This document shows, one piece after another, positions 40,646-51,220 of a DNA stretch of 64,000 nt (the stretch's first letter is position 1; every line of letters begins with the position of its first letter). The notes under the pieces were generated by a model that was given only the letters and a program-made list of their open reading frames with translations, made no database searches and was not told the origin of the DNA. The DNA is from a virus. Taxonomy: Duplodnaviria > Caudoviricetes. The stretch covers positions 25,028 through 89,027 of IMG/VR virus record IMGVR_UViG_3300033076_001012. The stretch is one strand, 5' to 3'. The translations under genes were made by a program, and so were the position numbers.

Positions 40646-43600
40646 ATGCCAGATCCAAAAAAAGAAAATATAGGGTTAACAGATGATTTCTTTGACCAAA
40701 TGGCTAAAGAAGGTGTTAAACTTGATTTACAAAGATATGATACGGGTATTGAACCAAGAAGTTTAAATATACCAACAACCTCACAATATGATAAAGGTTT
40801 TATAATTCCAGATTTAGAGTCTGAACAAAAACAATTAGATGCTCTAAATGAACATAGAGAAAACGCTCAAGGATTTTGGGACTCTATGGGTAATGCTACA
40901 GTTAAATTAGCTCTTAAAACAGCTACTAAAACTGCACAAGGAATATCAGATGTATTAATAGGTATTCCTTCAGCCATAGCAAGTCGTGATATAAATCAAT
41001 TATTTGATAACCCTATATCTAAAGGTATAACGACCATAGAAGAATCTATAAATGAAGGTTTACCTAATTACAATTCTCAAAAAGATATAGATAAAAACAT
41101 TCTTGAAAGAGCTTTTACAGATTTAGATTTCTGGACAAATGATATAATGTCAGAAGGTGTTCCCTTTTTAGCATCTGCCTATCTAACTGGTACAGGAATG
41201 GCAAAAGTTTTAGGTCCAGCTACTAAAGCATTATATGCTAACCAAATAACTAAAGCTAATCAAGCAGCTATGGATGCTGCTACTAAAGGTGTATTTTCTG
41301 AAGCAACAGCAAATGCCTTGCAAGAAGGTAAACTCGCAGCTCAGCTTGGTAAAATAGATCAAGGTTTAATATCTTTTGGTGCAAGAACTGTAGAATCATT
41401 GGCTGAAGGTAAACAAACAAGAGATGAAGTATTTACTAACTTAATGACAGGCGGTGAACAAGGTGCTCCTAAAATAAATCCTAATACTAACAAACCTTAT
41501 ACTGAACAAGAGGCTAAAACTAAAGCCGGTAGAGCAGCTATGGCCACGTCTTTACTTAACTATTGGATGATGCCAATAGAGTATATGCAAGCAGGTAGTT
41601 GGATGAAAACTTTCTCTAATAGTAGAAAATCTATATTAAAAGAAGTAGGTGATAAACTTGTTACAGATACTAAATTACAAAAGTTTGGTAAAGAAGCTTT
41701 TAAAAATGCAATAACAGAAGGTTATGAAGAATCTTTTCAAAAAGGTATACAAGATTATATAAAAGACAAATATACAGGAAATTATACAGATAGTGAAATA
41801 GGTAGTGTGTTAGATATATTTTCACCTTTAGCAGATATAACAGCAAAATCTTTAAAAAATTATACTACAAAAGAAGGCTGGGATGCCATAGGTCAAGGAA
41901 TGATTCTTGGTGGTTTATTTGGTGCAGCTGCTGAAACATTTGGATCAGGAGCTAAACGAGAAAATGAAAAAATTAATAAACTTAAACAGTTAATAAAAGA
42001 TAATGATTACTTAAAAGGTAATATATCTAAAGCTGTTGAAGTACAAGAAGACGGTTCAGTTAAAGTTAACGATAAAAACATAACTGAACTTTTTAAATCA
42101 CAATTAGATTTTGAAAGAATAGAAGGTTTAAAACAAGCTGCTCTTTTAAATAATGATGAAGAAGCTTTTAAAACATTTGATAATATACAATTTGCAAATT
42201 GGGCGTATACACATTTTGAAGCAGGACTTGGTGATAAATTAGAACATCAGATAGAGTCTATTAAAAATCTTGAAGATCCTGAAATAGCTAAATTAAATCC
42301 TTTAACTAATTCAGAAGGTAGAATACTCACTGCATCAGAGTTATCTAATAGATATTTAGAAAAAGCTAAACAACTTGAGAAATTATATAATTCTGTACAA
42401 GAAAGATATAATGTTCCTGATCCTATCAGAAAACAATTATTTGAAGAGAGTGTTATTCAAAATGAAACACTTGAATCATTAAATAAATTAAATCAAAAAA
42501 TACTTCCTTTAGATAGTAAAATATTTAATGCTAATTCTTTATTTACAGCAGAAGAGTTGAGGGATAAACCATTATCTGCTGATGAATTAGAATTAAAAGA
42601 TCTTAAAGAAAAACAGGAAGATTATAAAAAAACACTCAAAGACTCTTATAAAAGATTTGCTGATTTAACAGATCCCAAAAAAATTGAGGAAGCAGCAGCT
42701 AAACAAAAAGAGATTATTGAAAAACATAAAAAAGAATCTTCTAAAAAAGAAGAAGAATTTAATACTCCTTCTCAAGAACCTGCTAAATCTGAAAATGTCA
42801 ATAAACCAGCAGAGTCTTTCTTTGAACAAACTCCAGAAGATGTAAACAATACTCCATCTTCTACTGGAACAATGACTCAAACAAATCCTGCTACAGATAA
42901 AGTAACAGGAACTGTAACTACTCAATCTACTCCTACATCCGATAATGTTATCACCAATCCTTTTAGTGGATTAACAGGAGAAAATGTAGAGACTCCTGCT
43001 GAACCTACCTATAGTATAAAAGGTGAAACAACTACTACAGAAAAAGTAGAACAGGAAAGTTTAACTAAAGAGGCTGTACTTAAACCCTATGAATCCTCTG
43101 ATGAAGAACAGTCAGAAGTTAGTACCACAATGACTAATAGTACTAATGCCACTATTTCTGAACAAGAAGAATTTTCAGGTAATACAGAAGAAAGTATTAA
43201 ACTTGGAGATGTTGGAGACAATAAGTCATTAGCTGCTGTTCCTAATGTAGCAATGATGCACCTCTACAATCATATTGTGGAATGGAAACCCTTTGGACGC
43301 AATTCTCTTAAACGTATTTTTAAATGGGTACATGGAGATGATGGATTGGTTATTAGAGATAATACATCAGGCATTGATGAAAAAGCTCTTAATAATCTAA
43401 AGATTGGTGATAAAGTATATTTTCAATTACAAACTGTTAATAATCCCTTAAACGATCAAAGAGTTAAATCTATTCCTGAAAATGCAAGAGGATTAACTGA
43501 GGGATATTATGAAGCTATAGCTATTAGAAAAGAAGGTAGTGGAGAACTACTTGGTTATGTACAATTACCACATGAAGCTAAAGAAGGTAGAACTCCTGCA

Positions 43601-46600
43601 CAAACTGAAGAATATGCTAAAGTAAGAGAAAGAATAATTACTGAACGTAAAAGTATTATCTCTAAATTAAAAAACGGTGAACGTGTAGTCACTACAATAA
43701 GTGATAAAGGACGTGGTAATTTATTATTTAGAAAAGGTAATAAACAAAGTGTTCCTTTATATAATCAAATAGATGAAAATACAAAAATTCCTTACAGTAT
43801 TTTTAACAATGTTCCTATAAGAGAAAAGGATAAAGTAGGAGGACAAGCTGTTTTTGCTTATATATCAAAAAACAAAGCTACTAATCAAAATACTGTAGTT
43901 ATACCTTCTTTAGAAGATGAATCTCAAAGAGGAGTATTGGAAAAAGATTCTGCTAATTTAGCATCTTTTGGGAAAGTTGGTCAAGTATTTATGTTAGTTA
44001 AAGCTGCTAACGGACAGTGGTCAGGTATTCCTGTATATAGTACACTTGTTACTCCTGAATTAGCAGATGAAATAGTAGATGTTATATCTAATTTAGAACC
44101 TAAATCTGTTAATGATGTTATTAGAGCACTTAATGACTATGTATATGTTACAGGAGAAGATAAAACTACAGGACAGATAAAGGCTGTTGTGGCTAAAGAT
44201 GGATTTGTAGGTTATGTAATAGGCAAAGATAAATATAGTTTAGAAAAAATTAAAACTTCTTCTACTGTTAAAGAAGCTTTTAAGAAAGCGCTCACTACTC
44301 TTAAACAAAACATATCTGTAGCTAACATTAATACTGACGTTGCACAAGAAAAACTAAAGTCTCGTCAAACTCTTGCTACAAATGCTTATACGGATAATGG
44401 TGAATATTTTGTACAACCTTTTGTAACTTTTAAACCTACTGTAGATCCTAAAGATGAAGCTTTAAAAGAACTTGAAGATAATAGAAAACAATCTGCAAGT
44501 TCTGAACAATCTACTACTATCTCCACCTCTCCTAAAAAAGATATAGGTAATGATGGTACAATGGCATTTAAAGAAAAAAGTGTTATTAATAAAGTAACTA
44601 CTCCTGAAGATGTTCGTGCATTTAGACAATGGTTATCTAAAACACTTCCTCAATTTGATCTTACAGTTGAAGACTTTGAGAAATTAAAAGCTCTTAACCC
44701 CAATAGTTGGGGAGCTTTCTCTAATATGATAATTTATCTTAATGAAGGTGCACCTAAAGGGACAGGTTTCCATGAGGCTTTTCATGGAGTATTTAGATCA
44801 TTATTGACATTAGATGAACGTAAGAATGTTCTTGAAATAGCTAAAAAGTTATATGAAGCACCTACTGAACAACGCTTAACTTTCTTAAATGAAAGACATC
44901 CTAATCTTACACGTCAGGAGCTTATAGATTTAGCATATGAAGAAAAGTTAGCTGATGAATATAGTACATATACACAAACATATACAGAATCTTCTTTTAT
45001 TAAAAGATTAGGTACAATTATAGTAAATTTGTTTAAGAAGATAAGTCAATTCTTTAATTTGATTAAAACTTCTAATAGTTCACAATTAGAGATGTTCTTT
45101 AACTCTATAAACCGTGGAAAATTCTCTACAACTAAACCTTTATATACTACTCAACAATTTGATGTAGCATATGCTCCCATAGGTAATTTAAACAATACTT
45201 ATAAAGCAACTAAAATACTTACTATAGCTAATAAGATAGTTGCTGAAAATATGAGGTATTTGGGATTAGGTATATCACAAGAAGATATAACTCTCTCAAG
45301 TTTATTTAATCCTATATTTGCTAATTATGAAAAGATAAGTAAAGATCCCAATCATCCTGGTCAAGCAGCAGCTAATGAATTATTTATACATAGAGCTGAA
45401 GTAGAGAAACAAGTTAAAAAACATTTAAATGGTTTAGGATTTAAATTTAATAATAAAGAAAAACAAATAAAAGATATACCATCTACTATAGATGATACAA
45501 CAGCTAAAGATATAGAACAATTATCTGCTCAAGGAAACCTTACTAAAAGTTTTGGAGATGTGACAAGTATTCCAGGTATGAAGTCTGCATCTACACGTTT
45601 AAAACTATTTCTTGCTGGTATAGAACAATTAGATGAAAATGGTAATGTTAAAAAGGATGATTTAGGTGAAACCTTATATCACGATATGAAAAATCTATAC
45701 TATAGTATAGAAAGAAAGCTTCTAGGTGTTTATTCTTTTGAAGAACAAGTAGCTAAATTAAAAGAATGGGGAAATATACGCCCAGAGTTTAATCAAGTTG
45801 TGGATAAGCTTATAAACAATAGAGAACATGTTATTTCTAAAGAAGAACAAGAAAGAATTAAAAGTGATTTTAAAACCAACTTCTCTAAAGATCAGTTAAA
45901 GTTTATACTTACTAAAGCATCTGTTATAGATGGTGGACTTAAAGTAGAAATTATAGATTCTAATAGAACAGATATTAGAACAGCTTTACAAGATGAATGG
46001 AAAAATGCTTATATATCATCATCAAATAATGATACAGTTGCTGATATATCTGCTGATGGGACAGTAACTACTAACGGTACTGATAAAGCCAAAAAATTAG
46101 CTAAAGATACATTAGAACTTCTTGAGAAAGCTAAAGCTGATCCTAAGAATATTAGAATATTTGATCCGAAAATAATATCTAAACTGTTATCTAAAACTGG
46201 TATTATACTTAGCAATGATACTATAGTTAATGAGTCTAAAATAGATAGTAACTATATATCAATGTTGGAAGACCTCAATACTATAGCAACACATTTAGCT
46301 AAATCTAAAGAAGAAGCTTCAAATAGTGAAATAGCCTATAGAGAAGCATTTAAAAAATTTGCTGATAGAGAAGCAGAAAATCAACTAAGTTTATATACTT
46401 CCTCATTCACTAATGGTGAGAATAAAAATGTTTACAGTATTCAGTTACCAACTTTTGCATCTAAAATGATGAATAAGTTAATAGCTGACAGAAAGACATT
46501 TAAGGCAGAACTTGCTTCTATAAAACAGGATTCGTTCTATGAACATAGTAATCTTCTAAATGCTCTTAATACTAATGATAAATTTAGACAAGAGAAGTTT

Positions 46601-49600
46601 AAACTTGAATATTTTGATGCATTAAAGAATGAAGCTTACGGCTCAGAGGGGGCCGTATATGATAATATACAAGAACGTGACTTCTTAGCTGCATCTATAG
46701 CATTGTTTGAAAATGCTTCTTCTAATCAAGGAACTTCTACCACAGCCCATAAATATGTATATCTTACACCAGCCGATAAAAGTATGGGTATGATAATACA
46801 AGCTATGAGTTATGATGTAAAAACTAAAGATGGTAAATTTGATCATACCTCACCTATACTCAACAATTATGTTAATGTAGTATTATCTGAGATTGAACGT
46901 CTTAGAGGAGCTATTGAATTAAGAGAATTTCATAAAGCAAATCCTGATGTTAACATAGATCATAGATTACGTGAAAACTTCCATTATAAAAAAAAATCCT
47001 CTAAATTTGCATTTGATGGAAGAGCCTTTGAATTTAACTTTATACCGGAAGTAAACTCTCTAATTAAAGAGTTAGATGCTTATATAGTAACTAATCCCAC
47101 AACTACAGCAAAACAAATATTTTCTTTACCTCAATTCAACAGCGGCATTAAAAATGCTATTTATCAAAACTTATCTGCTGAAACAGAGAAAGTGGTTATT
47201 GAAAGTTTAAACAAGGGTATTATTAAAAAAGATGCTGAAGGTAACTATAGTATTTTTGGACTCACTCCAATGACTGAAAAAGGTGCAGAGCTTAACAACG
47301 CCATTGTTCAGAGATTGGCTAAATTTTCTCTTAACCAAAAATTATTTAATATAGAGTTTTCTAACCTTGTTAATGGAGATATAGCAGGGTATAAACCTGG
47401 TGATGAACCTAAAAGGGTGTATCAAGTTGGTAGTTTTGTAACTAATAACAACTTTACTAAAGATACTAAAGTAAAAATATCTATATCTAAAGATATAACT
47501 GAAGGTAAGGATGGAGCTAATAAACTTCCTGAAATGAAAGATTTTGAGGAAATGTTAGAAGCTGATGGTTTATCTAAACAGGAGATTAATCAATACTTGA
47601 AGAAATATAATGATACTAATACAACAGATGCTCAATTACTCATTACTCCAGATTTTTATAAACAATTACATGAATCAAGAGGTACATGGAGTTCCGAATT
47701 ACAAACAGCACATGATATAGCTGAAGGTATTATTAAAAATCCTTCTAAGGAACAATTGAGTAAAGCTTTCTCTTTATTATCAGCTACTAAACCTTTTATA
47801 TTTACAAAAGTATTCAATCAGGATAATAAGAAATGGGAGTATATACAGATAAAATGTGCTACACTAACTCTTTATAATAATATCTTAGAAGATAATAATA
47901 CTTTAAAGAAACTTAAAAATAAGATGTTAGAATCTGGAGCACATGCTCATGCTTTTGAATCTACACTTAAAGCTTTTCTTCCTTTTAGAAAAGAACTTCA
48001 AACAATGTCTTCTGAAGATTTTAACAATACATCTATTATTATAGATGCTGATAGTTTTGGTATTCAACAAGATAACCCTAATCATATGGTTGAAGAAGAA
48101 AACGATGCTCTCAGACAGTTAAAGATGTTAATACCTGGAGCTATAGATCCTAATTTAACATATAACGGTATTAGTGGTAAAGAAATACTTGATAGTATAC
48201 AATCTTTAGAAGCACAAAATATACAAGAGAGTTTGATAGAATTTAAAAGTGAACTCTATAGTAAGGGTCCTAAATTCAAACAAATGATTCAGGAACATCT
48301 CACTAAACGTGGAAGTACTGAAAATGTAGAAAAAGCTCTTGAATTACTTGCTAATGGAGATTTTAGAGGAGCTATGGATGGTCCGTACTCAAGAGATTTC
48401 CAATATCTAATAGGTTCTCTATTTACTAATAGGGTTATTAAACAAGCATTTGTTGGAGGTTCTGCTGTTCAAGCTTCAAGCATGGGTTTTAAATTTAACA
48501 ATTTGACTGAACAACAAAAAGCTGTTGATAATGATATAACTCTTAAAAATCTACAATCTAGTTTAAAATATGTATTTACAATAGATAAAGATGGTAATAA
48601 ACAACTAGCACACATAGAATGTGCTATGCCTGTACCTGATAAGAGATTCTTGAAAGAAGATGGTACACCAATGGATATTAAAGATGTTCCTGAAGAATTA
48701 ATTAAATTAATAGCTTATCGTATTCCTACAGAAGGTTTACACTCCATGTTACCTATTAAGATAGTTAAGTTTTTACCAGCAACCACAGGTAATTATATAC
48801 TACTTCCTGCCGCTACAGTAACTCAACTTGGATCGGACTTTGACTTTGATAAAATATACTTTTTAAGTAAGGCTCATAAAAATTTAGAAGAAATAAAAAA
48901 TGATACTACTATTAATGGTAGAAATAATAAGATTCTTGACCACTATTGGAATTTACTTACAGCTAAAGAAAACTTTAGACACCTTATTAAACCTTCAGGT
49001 TTCGATGAATTAGAAAAATATAAACAAGAGAATTTTCCTGAAATAAAACAGGATTCTAACTTCTTTAGCGGTATAACTCAACGTGCTCTTAAACAAAGAA
49101 ATGGTTTGGGTAAACAACTCAAAGGATTGGCCACAAGAGAAGTATCAGGACATGCTTGGAGTAATATACTAGGTCTTACTACTAAAACCATAAATGTTAA
49201 TGGAGAAGAAGATGCTTCAAAGTTTATAACATTTGATTTTAAAAAGAAAGATAATATATCTGAAAGATATTCTACAAACGGTAAAACATTGATTACAGAT
49301 GAATTAGGAACAATGTTAGCTGCTGTAATGGATGATTTAAAAAATCCTATTCTTGAAGCTCTTAACATTAATCTTGATACGTACCCTGTATGGGCACTTA
49401 TAGTAGAAGCAGGTTTTGGTACTAAAACAGCTTTAGATTTTATCACACAACCTGTACTTAAAGATTTATCTTCTAAACTTGCACTTAATAGAAATAAATT
49501 ACGTGAAGAAGGTGAACCATATCACACTAATAAAACACTATTTGCAGAATATCAAACAAAGAAAACTAATGCCATCAAAGATCTTCTAGATGAAAATGGA

Positions 49601-51220
49601 GTAATAAAACAAGAATATGCTGTAGATTTACAAACTAACTTTAAAATAGAAGATGTTAAAAAGTTAGATGAAATGGTTTTTTTAACAAGTGTTGATACAA
49701 ACAAGTTACTTTATTTTAGAGATTTAGCTAAAAACTTAAATAATGCAAGACCGGCTGAGAAAGCTGTATATTATGCATTTCAATTACAAGTACTAAAGAG
49801 ATTTTCAGATTATTCATCTATTGCTAATGATATATCTGATACTAAAAGGTATTTTACTTTGAATAAAGAAGTAGGGCCTACATTAGAAGATGTCCTCAGC
49901 ATAGATTATTTATATAATAAGATACAAGATTCTAATAATATTCAAGGATTTGATCTATCTAAACTTCCTCAATTAGCTGTGTTAGGAGATGTACATGAAG
50001 AACTTAAAAACTTTTATGACATATATTATCCCTATATGTCAAGTGTTTATCATAATATTAAAGAAACAGTAGCTATTGGTCAAAACAAACCTTTAAATAT
50101 ATTAAATTCTACTATAAGAACTACAATGGATTTATTCATAAGTTCTATGCTTACTCAATTACAACCTAATAGTATATTTGTTACAGATAGAATAGAAAAA
50201 GAGAGGTTAATTAGAGAAGTTCCTCAAATGATCAGAGCTATTAAAAATCCTAAAAATGATGAAAAGTATGCTAATGGTAGATTAAGAAATAGTCCTTTCT
50301 TTCAAAATATAACGGTTAATTATAAAGGAAAGCTTGGAACTATTAAACTTAAAGGAGGAGCGTTGGATGAATCTTTGAAAAATCAAATAAGTGATTCATT
50401 ATTAGGCATTTGGAATCAGCCAAATTGGAAAAATATAGTTGTAGATTTACTAAAATATAGTTATCTTTACGGTGGACATTTCACAGGTATTGGAAGTTAT
50501 CATAATTTAACACCTTTCGAAATATTCGAACAATTAAATTTAATTGATTATAAAAAACAATCAACCAAAGAACTTAATGATAGTAAATTTAATATTACAA
50601 CAGAACAGGTGAATAGAATTAAAGATCAATTAATCAGATCTTTTGCTAAAGATTTAACAAATGTGTTTAAAAAAGATTTATTCTTTGAACATAAAGATAA
50701 CGCCAAAGATAAAAAAATACATGATATTTTAACCACAAGTTTATCTATAGCTAAAGCTACAAAAAATGCAGAAAGACTAACTTATGATGATAATGAAGAA
50801 ATTAAATTTGTAGAATATATTAGAGTGTATCAACCTAAAGGAGCTAATCTAATGTATAAATTAACAGAAACTCAAGGAGAAAATGCTACCTACACTCTCA
50901 CCACACCTCTTGGTAAACGTGGTTTATTAGTTGAAACAGATATATACAATGATATAGAAACATCTATTTTACCTGAGAATAATGAGGGAATAGAAAAAGA
51001 AATAATGGAAAGTGTTATAGATACTAATACACTAAATGATTTACCTGAAGGTGTGGAAGATTCTTGGTTACAACAATTTCCTACTATGGATGATAGAATA
51101 GAAATACAAGACATTACTAATGTAAAAATATCATCAAGTATAGATCAAATATCAAATATAGATATTGTATCTCCTAAAGGAAAACCTTCCATTGATATAA
51201 CCGATGAAAACAATTGTTAA
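40646..51220 (+). CDS. virion-encapsidated RNA polymerase (large multidomain protein)
   Basis: Catalytic GSDFDFDK (DxDxD at 48836-48850), RIPTEGLHSM, TDAQ, zincin-like HEAFH at 44771-44785. Confidence 0.9.
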   Translation: MPDPKKENIGLTDDFFDQMAKEGVKLDLQRYDTGIEPRSLNIPTTSQYDKGFIIPDLESEQKQLDALNEHRENAQGFWDSMGNATVKLALKTATKTAQGISDVLIGIPSAIASRDINQLFDNPISKGITTIEESINEGLPNYNSQKDIDKNILERAFTDLDFWTNDIMSEGVPFLASAYLTGTGMAKVLGPATKALYANQITKANQAAMDAATKGVFSEATANALQEGKLAAQLGKIDQGLISFGARTVESLAEGKQTRDEVFTNLMTGGEQGAPKINPNTNKPYTEQEAKTKAGRAAMATSLLNYWMMPIEYMQAGSWMKTFSNSRKSILKEVGDKLVTDTKLQKFGKEAFKNAITEGYEESFQKGIQDYIKDKYTGNYTDSEIGSVLDIFSPLADITAKSLKNYTTKEGWDAIGQGMILGGLFGAAAETFGSGAKRENEKINKLKQLIKDNDYLKGNISKAVEVQEDGSVKVNDKNITELFKSQLDFERIEGLKQAALLNNDEEAFKTFDNIQFANWAYTHFEAGLGDKLEHQIESIKNLEDPEIAKLNPLTNSEGRILTASELSNRYLEKAKQLEKLYNSVQERYNVPDPIRKQLFEESVIQNETLESLNKLNQKILPLDSKIFNANSLFTAEELRDKPLSADELELKDLKEKQEDYKKTLKDSYKRFADLTDPKKIEEAAAKQKEIIEKHKKESSKKEEEFNTPSQEPAKSENVNKPAESFFEQTPEDVNNTPSSTGTMTQTNPATDKVTGTVTTQSTPTSDNVITNPFSGLTGENVETPAEPTYSIKGETTTTEKVEQESLTKEAVLKPYESSDEEQSEVSTTMTNSTNATISEQEEFSGNTEESIKLGDVGDNKSLAAVPNVAMMHLYNHIVEWKPFGRNSLKRIFKWVHGDDGLVIRDNTSGIDEKALNNLKIGDKVYFQLQTVNNPLNDQRVKSIPENARGLTEGYYEAIAIRKEGSGELLGYVQLPHEAKEGRTPAQTEEYAKVRERIITERKSIISKLKNGERVVTTISDKGRGNLLFRKGNKQSVPLYNQIDENTKIPYSIFNNVPIREKDKVGGQAVFAYISKNKATNQNTVVIPSLEDESQRGVLEKDSANLASFGKVGQVFMLVKAANGQWSGIPVYSTLVTPELADEIVDVISNLEPKSVNDVIRALNDYVYVTGEDKTTGQIKAVVAKDGFVGYVIGKDKYSLEKIKTSSTVKEAFKKALTTLKQNISVANINTDVAQEKLKSRQTLATNAYTDNGEYFVQPFVTFKPTVDPKDEALKELEDNRKQSASSEQSTTISTSPKKDIGNDGTMAFKEKSVINKVTTPEDVRAFRQWLSKTLPQFDLTVEDFEKLKALNPNSWGAFSNMIIYLNEGAPKGTGFHEAFHGVFRSLLTLDERKNVLEIAKKLYEAPTEQRLTFLNERHPNLTRQELIDLAYEEKLADEYSTYTQTYTESSFIKRLGTIIVNLFKKISQFFNLIKTSNSSQLEMFFNSINRGKFSTTKPLYTTQQFDVAYAPIGNLNNTYKATKILTIANKIVAENMRYLGLGISQEDITLSSLFNPIFANYEKISKDPNHPGQAAANELFIHRAEVEKQVKKHLNGLGFKFNNKEKQIKDIPSTIDDTTAKDIEQLSAQGNLTKSFGDVTSIPGMKSASTRLKLFLAGIEQLDENGNVKKDDLGETLYHDMKNLYYSIERKLLGVYSFEEQVAKLKEWGNIRPEFNQVVDKLINNREHVISKEEQERIKSDFKTNFSKDQLKFILTKASVIDGGLKVEIIDSNRTDIRTALQDEWKNAYISSSNNDTVADISADGTVTTNGTDKAKKLAKDTLELLEKAKADPKNIRIFDPKIISKLLSKTGIILSNDTIVNESKIDSNYISMLEDLNTIATHLAKSKEEASNSEIAYREAFKKFADREAENQLSLYTSSFTNGENKNVYSIQLPTFASKMMNKLIADRKTFKAELASIKQDSFYEHSNLLNALNTNDKFRQEKFKLEYFDALKNEAYGSEGAVYDNIQERDFLAASIALFENASSNQGTSTTAHKYVYLTPADKSMGMIIQAMSYDVKTKDGKFDHTSPILNNYVNVVLSEIERLRGAIELREFHKANPDVNIDHRLRENFHYKKKSSKFAFDGRAFEFNFIPEVNSLIKELDAYIVTNPTTTAKQIFSLPQFNSGIKNAIYQNLSAETEKVVIESLNKGIIKKDAEGNYSIFGLTPMTEKGAELNNAIVQRLAKFSLNQKLFNIEFSNLVNGDIAGYKPGDEPKRVYQVGSFVTNNNFTKDTKVKISISKDITEGKDGANKLPEMKDFEEMLEADGLSKQEINQYLKKYNDTNTTDAQLLITPDFYKQLHESRGTWSSELQTAHDIAEGIIKNPSKEQLSKAFSLLSATKPFIFTKVFNQDNKKWEYIQIKCATLTLYNNILEDNNTLKKLKNKMLESGAHAHAFESTLKAFLPFRKELQTMSSEDFNNTSIIIDADSFGIQQDNPNHMVEEENDALRQLKMLIPGAIDPNLTYNGISGKEILDSIQSLEAQNIQESLIEFKSELYSKGPKFKQMIQEHLTKRGSTENVEKALELLANGDFRGAMDGPYSRDFQYLIGSLFTNRVIKQAFVGGSAVQASSMGFKFNNLTEQQKAVDNDITLKNLQSSLKYVFTIDKDGNKQLAHIECAMPVPDKRFLKEDGTPMDIKDVPEELIKLIAYRIPTEGLHSMLPIKIVKFLPATTGNYILLPAATVTQLGSDFDFDKIYFLSKAHKNLEEIKNDTTINGRNNKILDHYWNLLTAKENFRHLIKPSGFDELEKYKQENFPEIKQDSNFFSGITQRALKQRNGLGKQLKGLATREVSGHAWSNILGLTTKTINVNGEEDASKFITFDFKKKDNISERYSTNGKTLITDELGTMLAAVMDDLKNPILEALNINLDTYPVWALIVEAGFGTKTALDFITQPVLKDLSSKLALNRNKLREEGEPYHTNKTLFAEYQTKKTNAIKDLLDENGVIKQEYAVDLQTNFKIEDVKKLDEMVFLTSVDTNKLLYFRDLAKNLNNARPAEKAVYYAFQLQVLKRFSDYSSIANDISDTKRYFTLNKEVGPTLEDVLSIDYLYNKIQDSNNIQGFDLSKLPQLAVLGDVHEELKNFYDIYYPYMSSVYHNIKETVAIGQNKPLNILNSTIRTTMDLFISSMLTQLQPNSIFVTDRIEKERLIREVPQMIRAIKNPKNDEKYANGRLRNSPFFQNITVNYKGKLGTIKLKGGALDESLKNQISDSLLGIWNQPNWKNIVVDLLKYSYLYGGHFTGIGSYHNLTPFEIFEQLNLIDYKKQSTKELNDSKFNITTEQVNRIKDQLIRSFAKDLTNVFKKDLFFEHKDNAKDKKIHDILTTSLSIAKATKNAERLTYDDNEEIKFVEYIRVYQPKGANLMYKLTETQGENATYTLTTPLGKRGLLVETDIYNDIETSILPENNEGIEKEIMESVIDTNTLNDLPEGVEDSWLQQFPTMDDRIEIQDITNVKISSSIDQISNIDIVSPKGKPSIDITDENNC